Part shown: positions 46,108 to 56,006 of the stretch, piece by piece
How positions within the stretch are numbered: position 1 is the stretch's first letter
How the letters are laid out: each line of letters starts with the position of its first letter
Source of the DNA: Escherichia coli
Lineage (GTDB): Bacteria > Pseudomonadota > Gammaproteobacteria > Enterobacterales > Enterobacteriaceae
Direction: 5' to 3' (one strand)
DNA: 64,000 bases
Assembly (NCBI RefSeq): GCF_003018115.1
Contig: NZ_CP027457.1
Program-made: the position numbers and the translations under genes
Notes under the pieces: generated by a model
Seen by the model: only the letters and a program-made list of their open reading frames with translations
What the model was told of the DNA's origin: nothing
Database searches by the model: none

Positions 46108-47171
46108 TCACATATACACAAGGCAATTTACTGGACGCACCGGTGGAAGCTCTGGTGAATACGGTTAATACCGTCGGTGTCATGGGGAAAGGCATCGCGT
46201 TGATGTTTAAAGAGCGCTTCCACGAAAATATGAAAGCCTATGCCCTCGCCTGCAAACAAAAGCAGGTGATCACCGGCAAAATGTTCATTACCGAAACCGG
46301 GGAACTGATGGGACCGCGCTGGATTGTTAATTTTCCGACCAAACAGCACTGGCGCGCTGACTCCCGCATGGGGTGGATTGAAGATGGCTTACAAGACTTA
46401 CGTCGATTTTTGATTGAAGAGAACGTGCAATCCATCGCCATTCCACCGCTGGGCGCAGGCAACGGTGACTTGAACTGGCCGGACGTTCGGGCGCAGATTG
46501 AATCTGCCCTTGGCGACCTTCAGGACGTTGATATCCTGATTTACCAACCAACTGAAAAATACCAGAACGTTGCCAAAAGCACTGGCGTAAAAAAGCTCAC
46601 TCCCGCCAGAGCCGCCATCGCTGAACTGGTGCGTCGCTACTGGGTATTGGGGATGGAGTGCAGCCTACTGGAAATCCAGAAACTGGCCTGGCTGTTACAA
46701 CGCGCCCTTAAGCAGCATCAACAGGACGATATCCTCAAACTGCGGTTTGAAGCTCACTATTATGGCCCCTATGCGCCCAATCTGAACCATCTGCTTAATG
46801 CGCTGGACGGCACCTATCTTAAAGCCGAGAAACGCATCCCGGACAGCCAACCGCTGGATGTGATCTGGTTTAACGATCAGAAAAAAGAACACGTTAATGC
46901 GTATCTGAACAGCGAAGCCAGAGAGTGGCTACCGGCGCTGGAGCAGGTCAGCCAGTTAATTGACGGCTTTGAATCGCCGTTTGGTCTGGAGCTGCTGGCA
47001 ACCGTAGACTGGTTGCTGAGCCGTGGCGAATGTCAACCAACACTGGATTCCGTTAAGGAAGGGCTGCACCAGTGGCCTGCGGGCGAACACTGGGCCAGCC
47101 GTAAGTTGAGGCTGTTTGATAATAATAATCTGCAATTTGCCATTAACCGCGTAATGGAGTTCCATTGCTGA
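46104..47171 (+). CDS. darG: DarG macrodomain antitoxin
   Basis: 355 aa [39 protein letters not shown]...[12 protein letters not shown]...[14 protein letters not shown], closely parallel to recalled Thermus DarG; ATG overlaps the darT TGA (ATGA). Confidence 0.9.
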   Translation: MITYTQGNLLDAPVEALVNTVNTVGVMGKGIALMFKERFHENMKAYALACKQKQVITGKMFITETGELMGPRWIVNFPTKQHWRADSRMGWIEDGLQDLRRFLIEENVQSIAIPPLGAGNGDLNWPDVRAQIESALGDLQDVDILIYQPTEKYQNVAKSTGVKKLTPARAAIAELVRRYWVLGMECSLLEIQKLAWLLQRALKQHQQDDILKLRFEAHYYGPYAPNLNHLLNALDGTYLKAEKRIPDSQPLDVIWFNDQKKEHVNAYLNSEAREWLPALEQVSQLIDGFESPFGLELLATVDWLLSRGECQPTLDSVKEGLHQWPAGEHWASRKLRLFDNNNLQFAINRVMEFHC

Positions 47172-47189
47172 GGGTTTAAGGAGCGCCTT

Positions 47190-50100
47190 TTGAGTACCGT
47201 GGGCCAGCGCGAACGCGCCACACAGCAGCGTCTGATTCAGTTTTTTGTTGAAGATTTAGGTTACCGCCATCTGAGTCACCGCACCGGGTACACCGGGAAC
47301 AGCAACATCGACACTAATATACTGAGCGCGTGGCTAAAACGGCGCGGCGTTAATGATACGTTGATCACCCGGGCGTTGCGGCAACTGGATTCCGCCGCCG
47401 CTCTGGGCGAAGGCAAAAAACTCTATTACGCCAATAAAGAGGTCTATCGCCTGCTACGTTACGGCGTGAAAGACAAAGAAGGCGCAGGCGAGCAGAACCA
47501 AACCGTGTGGCTGATTGACTGGGCCAACCCACAAGCCAATGATTTCGCCATCGCCGATGAGGTGACGGTCAAAGGCGAGTACTGCAAGCGCCCGGATCTG
47601 GTGCTGTACGTTAACGGCATTGCGCTGGGCGTGATTGAACTTAAGCGTTCGTCAGTGCACGTCAGCGAAGGCATCCGGCAGAATCTCGATAATCAAAAGA
47701 AAACCTTTATCCGCGATTTCTTCACCACTATGCAGTTAGTGATGGCGGGCAACGATACGCAGGGCCTGCGCTACGGCACCATCGAAACCCCGGAAAAATA
47801 CTATCTGGAGTGGAAAGAAGATAATCCAGGCGACTATACACATAAACTCGACTTTCATTTAAGTCGTCTGTGTAGCAAATCCAGGCTGTTGGATATCGTC
47901 CATAATTACATTGCCTTTGATGTCGGAGTGAAAAAACTCTGCCGCCATAATCAGTTCTTCGGCGTCGAGGCGGCTAAACAACATATTGCCCGTCGTGAAG
48001 GCGGTATTATCTGGCACACACAGGGATCGGGTAAAAGCCTGACGATGGTCTGGCTGGCGAAGTGGATCCGTGAAAATGTGCCAAACTCCCGCGTGTTGAT
48101 TGTGACTGACCGCACCGAACTGGATGAACAGATCGAAAGCGTGTTTATGGGCGTGAATGAAGATATTTATCGCACCTCCAGCGGCAACGATCTTATCGCA
48201 ACGCTCAATCATCCTAACCCGTGGCTCATTTGCTCGCTGGTGCATAAATTTGGTCGTCGCAGCGAAGCTGAAGACAATGCGGCTACCGACGCCTTTATCA
48301 CCGAATTACAGCAGTCCCTGACGAAAACATTCCGCGCCAAAGGCGATCTGTTTGTTTTTGTGGACGAGTGCCACCGCACACAATCCGGCAAGCTGCATAA
48401 CGCCATGACTGCCATTCTGCCGGACGCCCTGTTTATCGGTTTTACCGGCACACCGCTGATGAAGAAAGATAAGAAGAAGTCGGTTGAGGTGTTCGGCCCT
48501 TATATCCATACCTATAAATTTGATGAAGCGGTGGCCGACGGTGTGGTGCTGGATCTGCGCTACGAGGCACGCGATATTGACCAGTATCTGACATCAGAGA
48601 AAAAGGTCGATGACTGGTTTGAAGCCAAGACTCGCGGTTTGTCGAATTTAGCCAGGACCCAGCTTAAGCAAAAGTGGGGATCAATGCAGAAGCTGCTCTC
48701 CAGCAAGTCGAGGCTGGAGCAGATCGTTAACGACATTTTGCTGGATATGGATACCCGTCCACGCCTGATGGACGGGCGCGGCAACGCCATGCTGGTATGC
48801 AGCAGTATCTATCAAGCCTGCAAGGTTTACGAGATGTTCAGCCAGACCGAGCTGGCAGGAAAAGTAGCGATTGTGACCAGCTATCGCCCCGATGCCGCCA
48901 GCATCAAAGGCGAAGAAACGGGCGAAGGGTTAACGGAGAAACTCTCTAAACACGCCACCTATCGTAAAATGTTGGCTGACTATTTTGAACAAAGTGAAGA
49001 GAAGGCCGCCGCACGCATTACCGAGTTCGAGCGGGAAGTGAAACAGCGTTTTATTGAAGAGCCGGGGCAAATGCGCCTGCTTATCGTGGTGGATAAGCTG
49101 CTGACTGGCTTTGACGCGCCGTCCGCCACCTATCTCTACATTGATAAAACCATGACCGACCATACGCTGTTTCAGGCGATTTGTCGGGTGAACCGGCTGG
49201 ACGGTGAGGATAAAGAGTATGGCTATATTATCGATTATAAAGATCTGTTCCGTTCGCTGGATAAAGCGATTACCGATTACACCACGGGCGCGTTTGATGA
49301 TTACGATCGGGACGATGTGGCCGGGTTGCTGAAAGACAGGCTGGAGCAGGCGCAACTGGATCTCGACAGCGCGCTGGAGATGGTTCGCAGCTTATGTGAA
49401 CCCGTCAAAACCCCGCGCAGCCTGCAGGACTATCAGCACTATTTTTGCGGTGAATCAGGAGAGAATCAGACTTCGTTAAACGAAAAAGAGGCGCTGCGCC
49501 TGACATTTTACCAGTGCGTCGCCCGTCTGCTACGCGCTTATGCCAGCATCGCCAATGAAATGCCGGAAGCAGGCTACACTGCCGAAGAGGTAGAGAGCAT
49601 TCGCGCCGAAGTCGCTGAATTCGAAAAACTGCGCTATGAGATTAAGCTGACCAGCGGCGATCTTCTGGATATGAAGCGCTTTGAACCCGCTATGCGTCAT
49701 TTACTGGATATGTATGTTCGCGCCGATGATAGCGAAGTGCTGATGGATTTTGAAGAGTTAAGTCTGATTGAACTGATTGTCGAGAAAGGCTTGGCGGCGA
49801 CCGTCGCCCTGCCGGATGATATCCGTAATAATCAGGATGCGATGGCGGAAACCATCGAAAACAACGTGCGCAAAACCATCGTGGATGAAAACCCGGTTAA
49901 CCCAAAATACTATGGACGCATGTCGCAGCTGCTGGATGAACTGATTACCCTTCGCCGACAAAATGCGCTCAATTATCAGCAGTATCTGGAACGTATCCGC
50001 GATTTGTGTAAACAAGTCATCCGCCCGGAGCAAACCGCCGGAGCGTGCTACCCTGCCACCATGGATACACAAGCAAAGCGCGCCTTCTATGATAACTTCG

Positions 50101-50285
50101 GCCACGACGAGGTACTGGCGACCCGCATAGATACGACGATTCGCTATACCAAAAGGGCAGAGTGGATTGGCGATCGTTTTAAAGAACGGGAAATTGCCAA
50201 CGCATTACGTGAAGAGACCGCCAGCTATAATATTGATATTGATGAGGTGATAGCGCTTGCCCGTCAGCAGAAGGAATATCACTGA
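47190..50285 (+). CDS. hsdR: type I R-M restriction/translocase subunit
   Basis: 1031 aa; nuclease PD...ELK (RPDLVLYVNGIALGVIELKRS), Walker A TQGSGKSLTM, DECH box VFVDECHRTQSG; TTG 47190 follows aaggag. Confidence 0.92.
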   Translation: MSTVGQRERATQQRLIQFFVEDLGYRHLSHRTGYTGNSNIDTNILSAWLKRRGVNDTLITRALRQLDSAAALGEGKKLYYANKEVYRLLRYGVKDKEGAGEQNQTVWLIDWANPQANDFAIADEVTVKGEYCKRPDLVLYVNGIALGVIELKRSSVHVSEGIRQNLDNQKKTFIRDFFTTMQLVMAGNDTQGLRYGTIETPEKYYLEWKEDNPGDYTHKLDFHLSRLCSKSRLLDIVHNYIAFDVGVKKLCRHNQFFGVEAAKQHIARREGGIIWHTQGSGKSLTMVWLAKWIRENVPNSRVLIVTDRTELDEQIESVFMGVNEDIYRTSSGNDLIATLNHPNPWLICSLVHKFGRRSEAEDNAATDAFITELQQSLTKTFRAKGDLFVFVDECHRTQSGKLHNAMTAILPDALFIGFTGTPLMKKDKKKSVEVFGPYIHTYKFDEAVADGVVLDLRYEARDIDQYLTSEKKVDDWFEAKTRGLSNLARTQLKQKWGSMQKLLSSKSRLEQIVNDILLDMDTRPRLMDGRGNAMLVCSSIYQACKVYEMFSQTELAGKVAIVTSYRPDAASIKGEETGEGLTEKLSKHATYRKMLADYFEQSEEKAAARITEFEREVKQRFIEEPGQMRLLIVVDKLLTGFDAPSATYLYIDKTMTDHTLFQAICRVNRLDGEDKEYGYIIDYKDLFRSLDKAITDYTTGAFDDYDRDDVAGLLKDRLEQAQLDLDSALEMVRSLCEPVKTPRSLQDYQHYFCGESGENQTSLNEKEALRLTFYQCVARLLRAYASIANEMPEAGYTAEEVESIRAEVAEFEKLRYEIKLTSGDLLDMKRFEPAMRHLLDMYVRADDSEVLMDFEELSLIELIVEKGLAATVALPDDIRNNQDAMAETIENNVRKTIVDENPVNPKYYGRMSQLLDELITLRRQNALNYQQYLERIRDLCKQVIRPEQTAGACYPATMDTQAKRAFYDNFGHDEVLATRIDTTIRYTKRAEWIGDRFKEREIANALREETASYNIDIDEVIALARQQKEYH

Positions 50286-51001
50286 TGCCAATCATGCAAA
50301 TAGGCTCGTTACACTTGCTGGTCAACCGTAAGGCGATTAAGAATCTGCATATCAGCGTGCTGCCGCCTGATGGCAAAGTCCGCGTTTCAGCGCCGGAACA
50401 TATGACGGAGACGGCGATTCGTATGGCGGTTGCTTCACGCTTTCGCTGGATCAGAAAACAGCAGCAGGATTTCGCCAGACAGCCTCGTCAATCAGAGAGG
50501 GAAATGGTCAGCGGAGAGTGCCACTATCTTTGGGGCCGAAGATATCGCCTACTTGTGATTGAGCGTCACGGGCGTCACGAAGTAAAAGTTGCGGGAAATA
50601 ATAAGCTCCAGCTTTATGTTCAACCGGGAACCCGTGATGAAAATAAGGCATTGGCGTTAAGTGAATTTTATCGACATGAACTAAAACAGCAGGTGGCTAA
50701 GCTTCTACCTGAATGGCAGGACCGAATCGGTGTTCCCCTAACATTCTGGGGCATCAAAAAGATGAAAACCTTTTGGGGCACCTGTAACACTACAACAAAA
50801 CGAATCTGGCTCAATCTGGAGCTAATTAAGAAGCCGCCGGAGTGTCTGGAGTATATTCTGGTGCATGAACTGGTTCATCTTCTGGAACGTCACCATAATG
50901 CTCGCTTCCGGTTGCATATGGATCGGTTTATTCCTGACTGGCGTGAGCGTCGGGATTTGTTAAATAATATGCCGTTAGCGTTTGAGGCATGGGAGTATTG
51001 A
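50285..51001 (+). CDS. DUF45/YgjP-like zinc metallopeptidase
   Basis: 238 aa; HELVH at 50864-50878; ATG overlaps the hsdR stop (TGATG). Confidence 0.8.
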   Translation: MPIMQIGSLHLLVNRKAIKNLHISVLPPDGKVRVSAPEHMTETAIRMAVASRFRWIRKQQQDFARQPRQSEREMVSGECHYLWGRRYRLLVIERHGRHEVKVAGNNKLQLYVQPGTRDENKALALSEFYRHELKQQVAKLLPEWQDRIGVPLTFWGIKKMKTFWGTCNTTTKRIWLNLELIKKPPECLEYILVHELVHLLERHHNARFRLHMDRFIPDWRERRDLLNNMPLAFEAWEY

Positions 51002-51100
51002 TTGAGCCTGTAACTGTTTTTTGTCCATAAATTAACCTTCATTTGATGCTGGATTGAACATATCAAAATCAGACAATTACACAAATCTATGTACAGGCTC

Positions 51101-51168
51101 AACTCCTGCCATGGAACGTAGTACTCACCAATAAGTAAGCATCAATACGGCGCTCCGTTAACGCTTAC
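51101..51168 (+). mobile_element. 68-bp right-end remnant of an IS66-family element
   Basis: aactcctgccatggaacgtagtactcaccaataa...cgctccgttaacgcttac is a near copy of 53832-53899 (right end of the intact IS), in the same orientation. Confidence 0.8.
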
Positions 51169-51452
51169 TAGCATGGTTATCTCCTTAAAAAATTGAGGCG
51201 ACAACTATGCTGACACAGGGGGTTACTCACCGATCTCCTTCACGGTAATACGCAGTTCTTCAGAACCCGCCTCCGATACCAGCCTGGCGGTCGCCCCGGC
51301 GCAACAGAATAAATCAACCATCGTCAGACTGCGATCATTCGTAATGTTCCGGGGACCTCATCTTCAGTAAGCGTAAACTGACCGCCGTATGTAGCCATTA
51401 AGCCAGTATTGGTAACGTAGGTGCCCACCTTTTCAACTAGTGGACACCTGTT

Positions 51453-51878
51453 ATGGAACAGAAAATATTATCCTCAGAACCCCGCAGATCATTTTCAAAT
51501 GAGTTTAAACTTCAAATGGTTAAACTGGCTTCACAACCAGGAGCCTCTGTTGCCCGTATTGCCCGGGAACACGATATCAATGATAACCTCCTGTTCAAAT
51601 GGCTCAGGCTCTGGCAGAACGAAGGGCGTATATCGCGGCGTCTTCCGGTAACAATCTCTTCTGGCGCTGGCGTTGAATTATTACCTGTTGAGATAACGCC
51701 TGATGAGCAGAAAGAGCCTATGGCGGCTCTTACTCCGCTTTTATCCACTCCTTCACAAAGCACAGTCAGTGCCAGTTCCTGTAAAGTTGAGTTCCGCCAC
51801 GGTAACATGACGCTGGAAAATCCTTCACCAGAGCTGCTCACGGTGTTGATCCGTGAACTGACCGGGAGGGGACGATGA
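51453..51878 (+). CDS. IS66 accessory protein TnpA (orf1)
   Basis: 141-aa ORF with HTH-like N-terminus; 4-nt overlap with orf2. Confidence 0.85.
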   Translation: MEQKILSSEPRRSFSNEFKLQMVKLASQPGASVARIAREHDINDNLLFKWLRLWQNEGRISRRLPVTISSGAGVELLPVEITPDEQKEPMAALTPLLSTPSQSTVSASSCKVEFRHGNMTLENPSPELLTVLIRELTGRGR

Positions 51879-52225
51879 TCTCGCTCCCATCAGGTACCCG
51901 TATCTGGCTCGTTGCCGGCGTTACCGATATGCGTAAATCCTTCAACGGACTGGGAGAACAGGTACAACATGTGCTGAATGATAATCCCTTCTCCGGTCAC
52001 CTGTTTATCTTCCGTGGCCGACGGGGTGACACCGTCAAAATTCTTTGGGCTGATGCTGATGGTCTGTGCCTGTTCACCAAACGCCTGGAGGAAGGCCAGT
52101 TTATCTGGCCTGCGGTACGTGACGGCAAGGTATCCATTACCCGCTCGCAACTGGCAATGCTCCTCGATAAGCTGGACTGGCGTCAGCCAAAAACATCCAG
52201 CCGTAACTCACTGACAATGTTGTAA
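51875..52225 (+). CDS. IS66 Orf2 (TnpB)
   Basis: 116 aa MISLPSGTRIWLVAGVTDMRKSFNGLGEQVQHVL..., a typical IS66 Orf2. Confidence 0.88.
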   Translation: MISLPSGTRIWLVAGVTDMRKSFNGLGEQVQHVLNDNPFSGHLFIFRGRRGDTVKILWADADGLCLFTKRLEEGQFIWPAVRDGKVSITRSQLAMLLDKLDWRQPKTSSRNSLTML

Positions 52226-52255
52226 AAAACTCCTGACCGCATTATAAAAACGGTC

Positions 52256-53869
52256 ATGAGTCAGAAATACCTCATTCGCATCGCAGAGCTGGAAAGATTG
52301 CTCTCTGAGCAGGCTGAAGCCCTCCGTCAGAAAGACCAGCAACTGAGTCTGGTTGAAGAGACGGAAGCCTTCCTGCGCTCTGCACTGACACGTGCCGAAG
52401 AAAAGATCGAAGAAGATGAACGGGAAATAGAACATCTGCGGGCTCAGATAGAAAAACTGCGCCGGATGCTGTTCGGTACCCGTTCTGAAAAACTGCGTCG
52501 TGAAGTTGAACTGGCTGAGGCTCTGCTGAAACAACGTGAACAGGACAGCGATCGTTACAGTGGGCGGGAAGACGATCCTCAGGTTCCCCGCCAGTTGCGA
52601 CAGTCGCGCCATCGTCGTCCGTTACCGGCACACCTTCCCCGTGAAATACACCGCCTGGAGCCAGAAGAAAGCTGTTGCCCGGAGTGTGGCGGTGAACTGG
52701 ATTATCTGGGGGAAGTCAGCGCTGAACAGCTGGAACTGGTGAGCAGTGCCCTGAAAGTGATCCGCACAGAACGGGTAAAAAAAGCCTGTACAAAATGTGA
52801 CTGTATTGTTGAAGCACCGGCGCCGTCCCGCCCGATAGAGCGTGGTATCGCGGGCCCCGGATTACTTGCCCGCGTGTTAACGGGAAAATACTGCGAACAT
52901 CTGCCACTGTATCGTCAGAGTGAAATCTTTGCCCGCCAGGGTGTCGAACTGAGCCGGGCCTTACTCTCCAACTGGGTTGACGCGTGCTGCCAGTTAATGA
53001 CACCGGTGAATGATACCCTGTACCGTTATGTAATGAACACCCGCAAGGTTCACACTGATGACACACCGGTAAAGGTACTGGCACCGGGTCAGAAAAAGGC
53101 GAAAACAGGGCGTATCTGGACGTATGTCCGGGATGATCGCAATGTGGGTTCGTCATCTCCTCCAGCGGTCTGGTTCGCGTACTCGCCGAACCGGCAGGGG
53201 AAACACCCGGAGCAACACCTCCGCCCCTTCCGGGGTATCCTGCAGGCGGATGCGTTCACAGGTTACGACAGGTTGTTCAGTGCAGAACGTGAAGGTGGTG
53301 CACTGACAGAAGTTGCGTGCTGGGCCCATGCCCGGCGAAAAATCCACGATGTATACATCAGCAGCAAAAGTGCGACGGCAGAAGAAGCCCTGAAGCGAAT
53401 CAGTGAACTGTACGCCATCGAGGATGAAATACGGGGATTACCGGAGTCAGAGCGTCTTGCCGTCAGGCAGCAGCGAAGCAAAGTGTTACTGACGTCGCTG
53501 CATGAATGGATGGTGGAGAAGAATGGTACGCTGTCGAAAAAATCCAGACTGGGCGAAGCGTTCAGCTATGTACTGAATCAGTGGGATGCCCTCTGTTATT
53601 ACAGTGATGACGGTCTGGCGGAGGCGGATAATAATGCTGCGGAAAGAGCGCTTCGTGCAGTCTGTCTCGGAAAGAAAAACTTTATGTTCTTTGGCAGCGA
53701 TCACGGCGGCGAGCGTGGAGCACTGTTGTACGGGCTGATCGGCACCTGCCGTCTGAACGGTATCGATCCGGAAGCGTATCTGCGCCATATCCTGAGCGTA
53801 CTGCCGGAATGGCCTTCCAACCGAGTTGATGAACTCCTGCCATGGAACGTAGTACTCACCAATAAATAA
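52256..53869 (+). CDS. IS66-family DDE transposase (orf3)
   Basis: 537 aa with N-terminal coiled coil, CPECG zinc motif and DDE core. Confidence 0.9.
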   Translation: MSQKYLIRIAELERLLSEQAEALRQKDQQLSLVEETEAFLRSALTRAEEKIEEDEREIEHLRAQIEKLRRMLFGTRSEKLRREVELAEALLKQREQDSDRYSGREDDPQVPRQLRQSRHRRPLPAHLPREIHRLEPEESCCPECGGELDYLGEVSAEQLELVSSALKVIRTERVKKACTKCDCIVEAPAPSRPIERGIAGPGLLARVLTGKYCEHLPLYRQSEIFARQGVELSRALLSNWVDACCQLMTPVNDTLYRYVMNTRKVHTDDTPVKVLAPGQKKAKTGRIWTYVRDDRNVGSSSPPAVWFAYSPNRQGKHPEQHLRPFRGILQADAFTGYDRLFSAEREGGALTEVACWAHARRKIHDVYISSKSATAEEALKRISELYAIEDEIRGLPESERLAVRQQRSKVLLTSLHEWMVEKNGTLSKKSRLGEAFSYVLNQWDALCYYSDDGLAEADNNAAERALRAVCLGKKNFMFFGSDHGGERGALLYGLIGTCRLNGIDPEAYLRHILSVLPEWPSNRVDELLPWNVVLTNK

Positions 53870-53909
53870 GCGTCAATACGGTGCTCCGTTGACGCTTACA
53901 GCTTTCCCA

Positions 53910-54284
53910 CTATTTCTTGATTCCTAAACGGAACATATCAGTTGGGAATAAAGGTTGTATTATCACTTCATCATTAAAAATGAATAATTTGGGCGATAAA
54001 GCTGTTACGTCATAGATATTTTCAGCGATTAATCTTAGATTTGACCTAAAAACTGGAATACTTGCATCATCTGCAAAGACAAACATGTCATCGTTTTTTA
54101 CAGAGTTTGCACACAATAGCTCATCAAAACTCTCATAATCAGAATGCCAGATCTCTGACCAAGTAACACTTCCTTTCGCGAGAGGGTACTTATTTAAAAT
54201 GCCCAGAGCCTCCTGCTGAGCCAGCCCCTCTACTATATTAAAATCAGCACTCAGTGCTTCCCGACACTCATCAAATAAAGTCAT
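53910..54284 (-). CDS. CdiI-type immunity protein, orphan module 4
   Basis: 124-aa AT-rich ORF 5 nt downstream of the orphan toxin stop; its stop is 10 nt from the IS66 end. Confidence 0.7.
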   Translation of the reverse strand: MTLFDECREALSADFNIVEGLAQQEALGILNKYPLAKGSVTWSEIWHSDYESFDELLCANSVKNDDMFVFADDASIPVFRSNLRLIAENIYDVTALSPKLFIFNDEVIIQPLFPTDMFRLGIKK

Positions 54285-54289
54285 TTGCT

Positions 54290-55657
54290 CTACCTGTTTA
54301 GCTGTTTCAATATTGTTTCAAAAGACTTTTCATTGCCTTCAAAAGGTATGACTTGCTTCACCGCTTTTCCAGGGCCTTTACCCTGCGAGTAATCCCATAT
54401 ATTGATGTGTGTGCCTTTTTCAGGATCATAATCAACACGCCAACCAACTTTTCCGTCGCTGGATTGCCGCCCTATGACTTTCCCATTACCAGCGCTGACT
54501 TCCAAACGTCCGATAACTGGCTTAGAGTCCGCTCCTAAATTACCTACAAGATCCAATGCCTTGTTTCGAGCAGTTTCCCAGTTTTTCTCTGGCTTGAGGA
54601 TTTGTTCAATTTTAGGCTGGGAATTCCCTTTAACCTTACTAATTCCCCCAAATGCTGACGCCGCAGCGCTCGCGACTATTCCCGCCTGAACTTCATCCAA
54701 ACCGTATTCTTCTTGGAGTGCTTCCGAGACTTTGTTGGTCGCGACAACCCCTTCAGCCTGCATTTGCTGCGCAAAAGTCGCCGTCAGATCGTAGACCATT
54801 TTGATCGGGATATCTTCACCCAGAGCACGATCTATTGCCTGCTTCACCGCCAGACTGTCAGTCAGTACATCACCGTATTTCTGCTGGCAGGTTGCCGGGC
54901 TGGCTGCACAGTCACTGATCAGTTGCTTTTGCTGTGCCGTACTCAACTCTTCGTACTTTTTGATAATACCGCCGCAGTCACCGCCTTTCGCCTGACAGGA
55001 CTTCATTTCAGCGGACCAAGCATCTATCTGCTTACTGCTCAGATAGTTATTCTCAACAGCATTCTTCCCGCTTTGTGCTCCCACTGCTGCTGATGCGGTG
55101 CTGTTTCCGGTAAGACCTCCGGCCAGCCCTGCTGACACGGTTGCCAGCGTACTTATCGTTTGCTTCTGCTCTTCACTGAGGTCTGACTGTTTCACGCCCG
55201 GATACAGCATGCCGGCAATCGCTCTGACTGCCAGCTCTCCCGTTGCTGCGCCTGCTGCACCGGCAGCAACATTATTACCCTGCATTGCCGCCACTGCGCC
55301 GCCCAAAATGGCGTGAGCAATGGCGTTTACTGCCGGGTCTTTTTCTGTTGATTTCAGCAGGTGCGCCAGTTCCGGAGCCGAAGTTCCGGCCAGAGCACCC
55401 GCTAAATTACCCCCCGCCAGCCCCTGAAGCGCGGCCTGGATACCCCGCTGAATTTCACTGCCGGTACCATACTTCGCCATTTCATCCCTGTAAGCCTGCG
55501 TGTCACGCAGTTTTGCCAGATATGCCTGCCGCTGCTCTTCCGTCGCATCCGCCGGAACAGGCCCATATTTATCCTGCGCAGCCTTCAACGCATTCAGTTC
55601 CCCCTGCGTCCGCGCAATATCAGCCACCTGACTGCCTATGTCACTGATAAGCCCCAC
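54290..55657 (-). CDS. orphan cdiA-CT module 4 (pretoxin remnant + VENN + toxin domain)
   Basis: VENN encoded at 55046-55057 ([11 protein letters not shown]); about 200 aa upstream resembles the resident cdiA pre-VENN region; homology extends to about 55705 ([12 protein letters not shown]) beyond the first ATG. Confidence 0.8.
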   Translation of the reverse strand: MGLISDIGSQVADIARTQGELNALKAAQDKYGPVPADATEEQRQAYLAKLRDTQAYRDEMAKYGTGSEIQRGIQAALQGLAGGNLAGALAGTSAPELAHLLKSTEKDPAVNAIAHAILGGAVAAMQGNNVAAGAAGAATGELAVRAIAGMLYPGVKQSDLSEEQKQTISTLATVSAGLAGGLTGNSTASAAVGAQSGKNAVENNYLSSKQIDAWSAEMKSCQAKGGDCGGIIKKYEELSTAQQKQLISDCAASPATCQQKYGDVLTDSLAVKQAIDRALGEDIPIKMVYDLTATFAQQMQAEGVVATNKVSEALQEEYGLDEVQAGIVASAAASAFGGISKVKGNSQPKIEQILKPEKNWETARNKALDLVGNLGADSKPVIGRLEVSAGNGKVIGRQSSDGKVGWRVDYDPEKGTHINIWDYSQGKGPGKAVKQVIPFEGNEKSFETILKQLNR

Positions 55658-55742
55658 TGTCTGCAGACGCTGCTGCTCTTTTTCCTTGTCAAAGATGGAA
55701 AAGCAAAAAAACCAGCCAACTGAACTAGCTGGTAGTTAAAGT

Positions 55743-56006
55743 CTATTTGATTTTGCTTAAAATATTATTGACTATCGGTATTACAGAACTAACCAATTGC
55801 TCTTCCTCAACTGTATACAAAAGCAATTCGATCTCATTCTCCGCATTAAATAACATTGTATGGAGCCACTTTTCCTCAACAGCAACAATTTGGCTTTCCG
55901 CAGCATAAATTTCTGATTGAATACTTTGTACCGTTATTTTCCCTTCAAGAAAGTTTTTACAAGAGTGTTGTAACCTCTCGATCACCTCAGGATAAATCCA
56001 ACTCAT
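55743..56006 (-). CDS. CdiI-type immunity protein, orphan module 3
   Basis: 87-aa AT-rich ORF overlapping the toxin stop by 4 nt. Confidence 0.65.
   Translation of the reverse strand: MSWIYPEVIERLQHSCKNFLEGKITVQSIQSEIYAAESQIVAVEEKWLHTMLFNAENEIELLLYTVEEEQLVSSVIPIVNNILSKIK

Larger units (their letters stand above)
51367..53899 (+). mobile_element. IS66-family insertion sequence (2533 bp)
   Basis: Ends gtaagcgtaaactgacc... (51367) and ...ccgttgacgcttac (53899); three-ORF IS66 organisation. Confidence 0.88.

Noticed and set aside
45567-47171. 534-aa ORF from the ORF track, taken at face value as one gene
   Set aside because: It is a composite. Its GTG start truncates the conserved DarT N-terminus, and its first about 180 aa are the DarT body. 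The remainder is a complete DarG with its own ATG at 46104 in the typical ATGA overlap. It is better described as a frameshifted darT plus darG.
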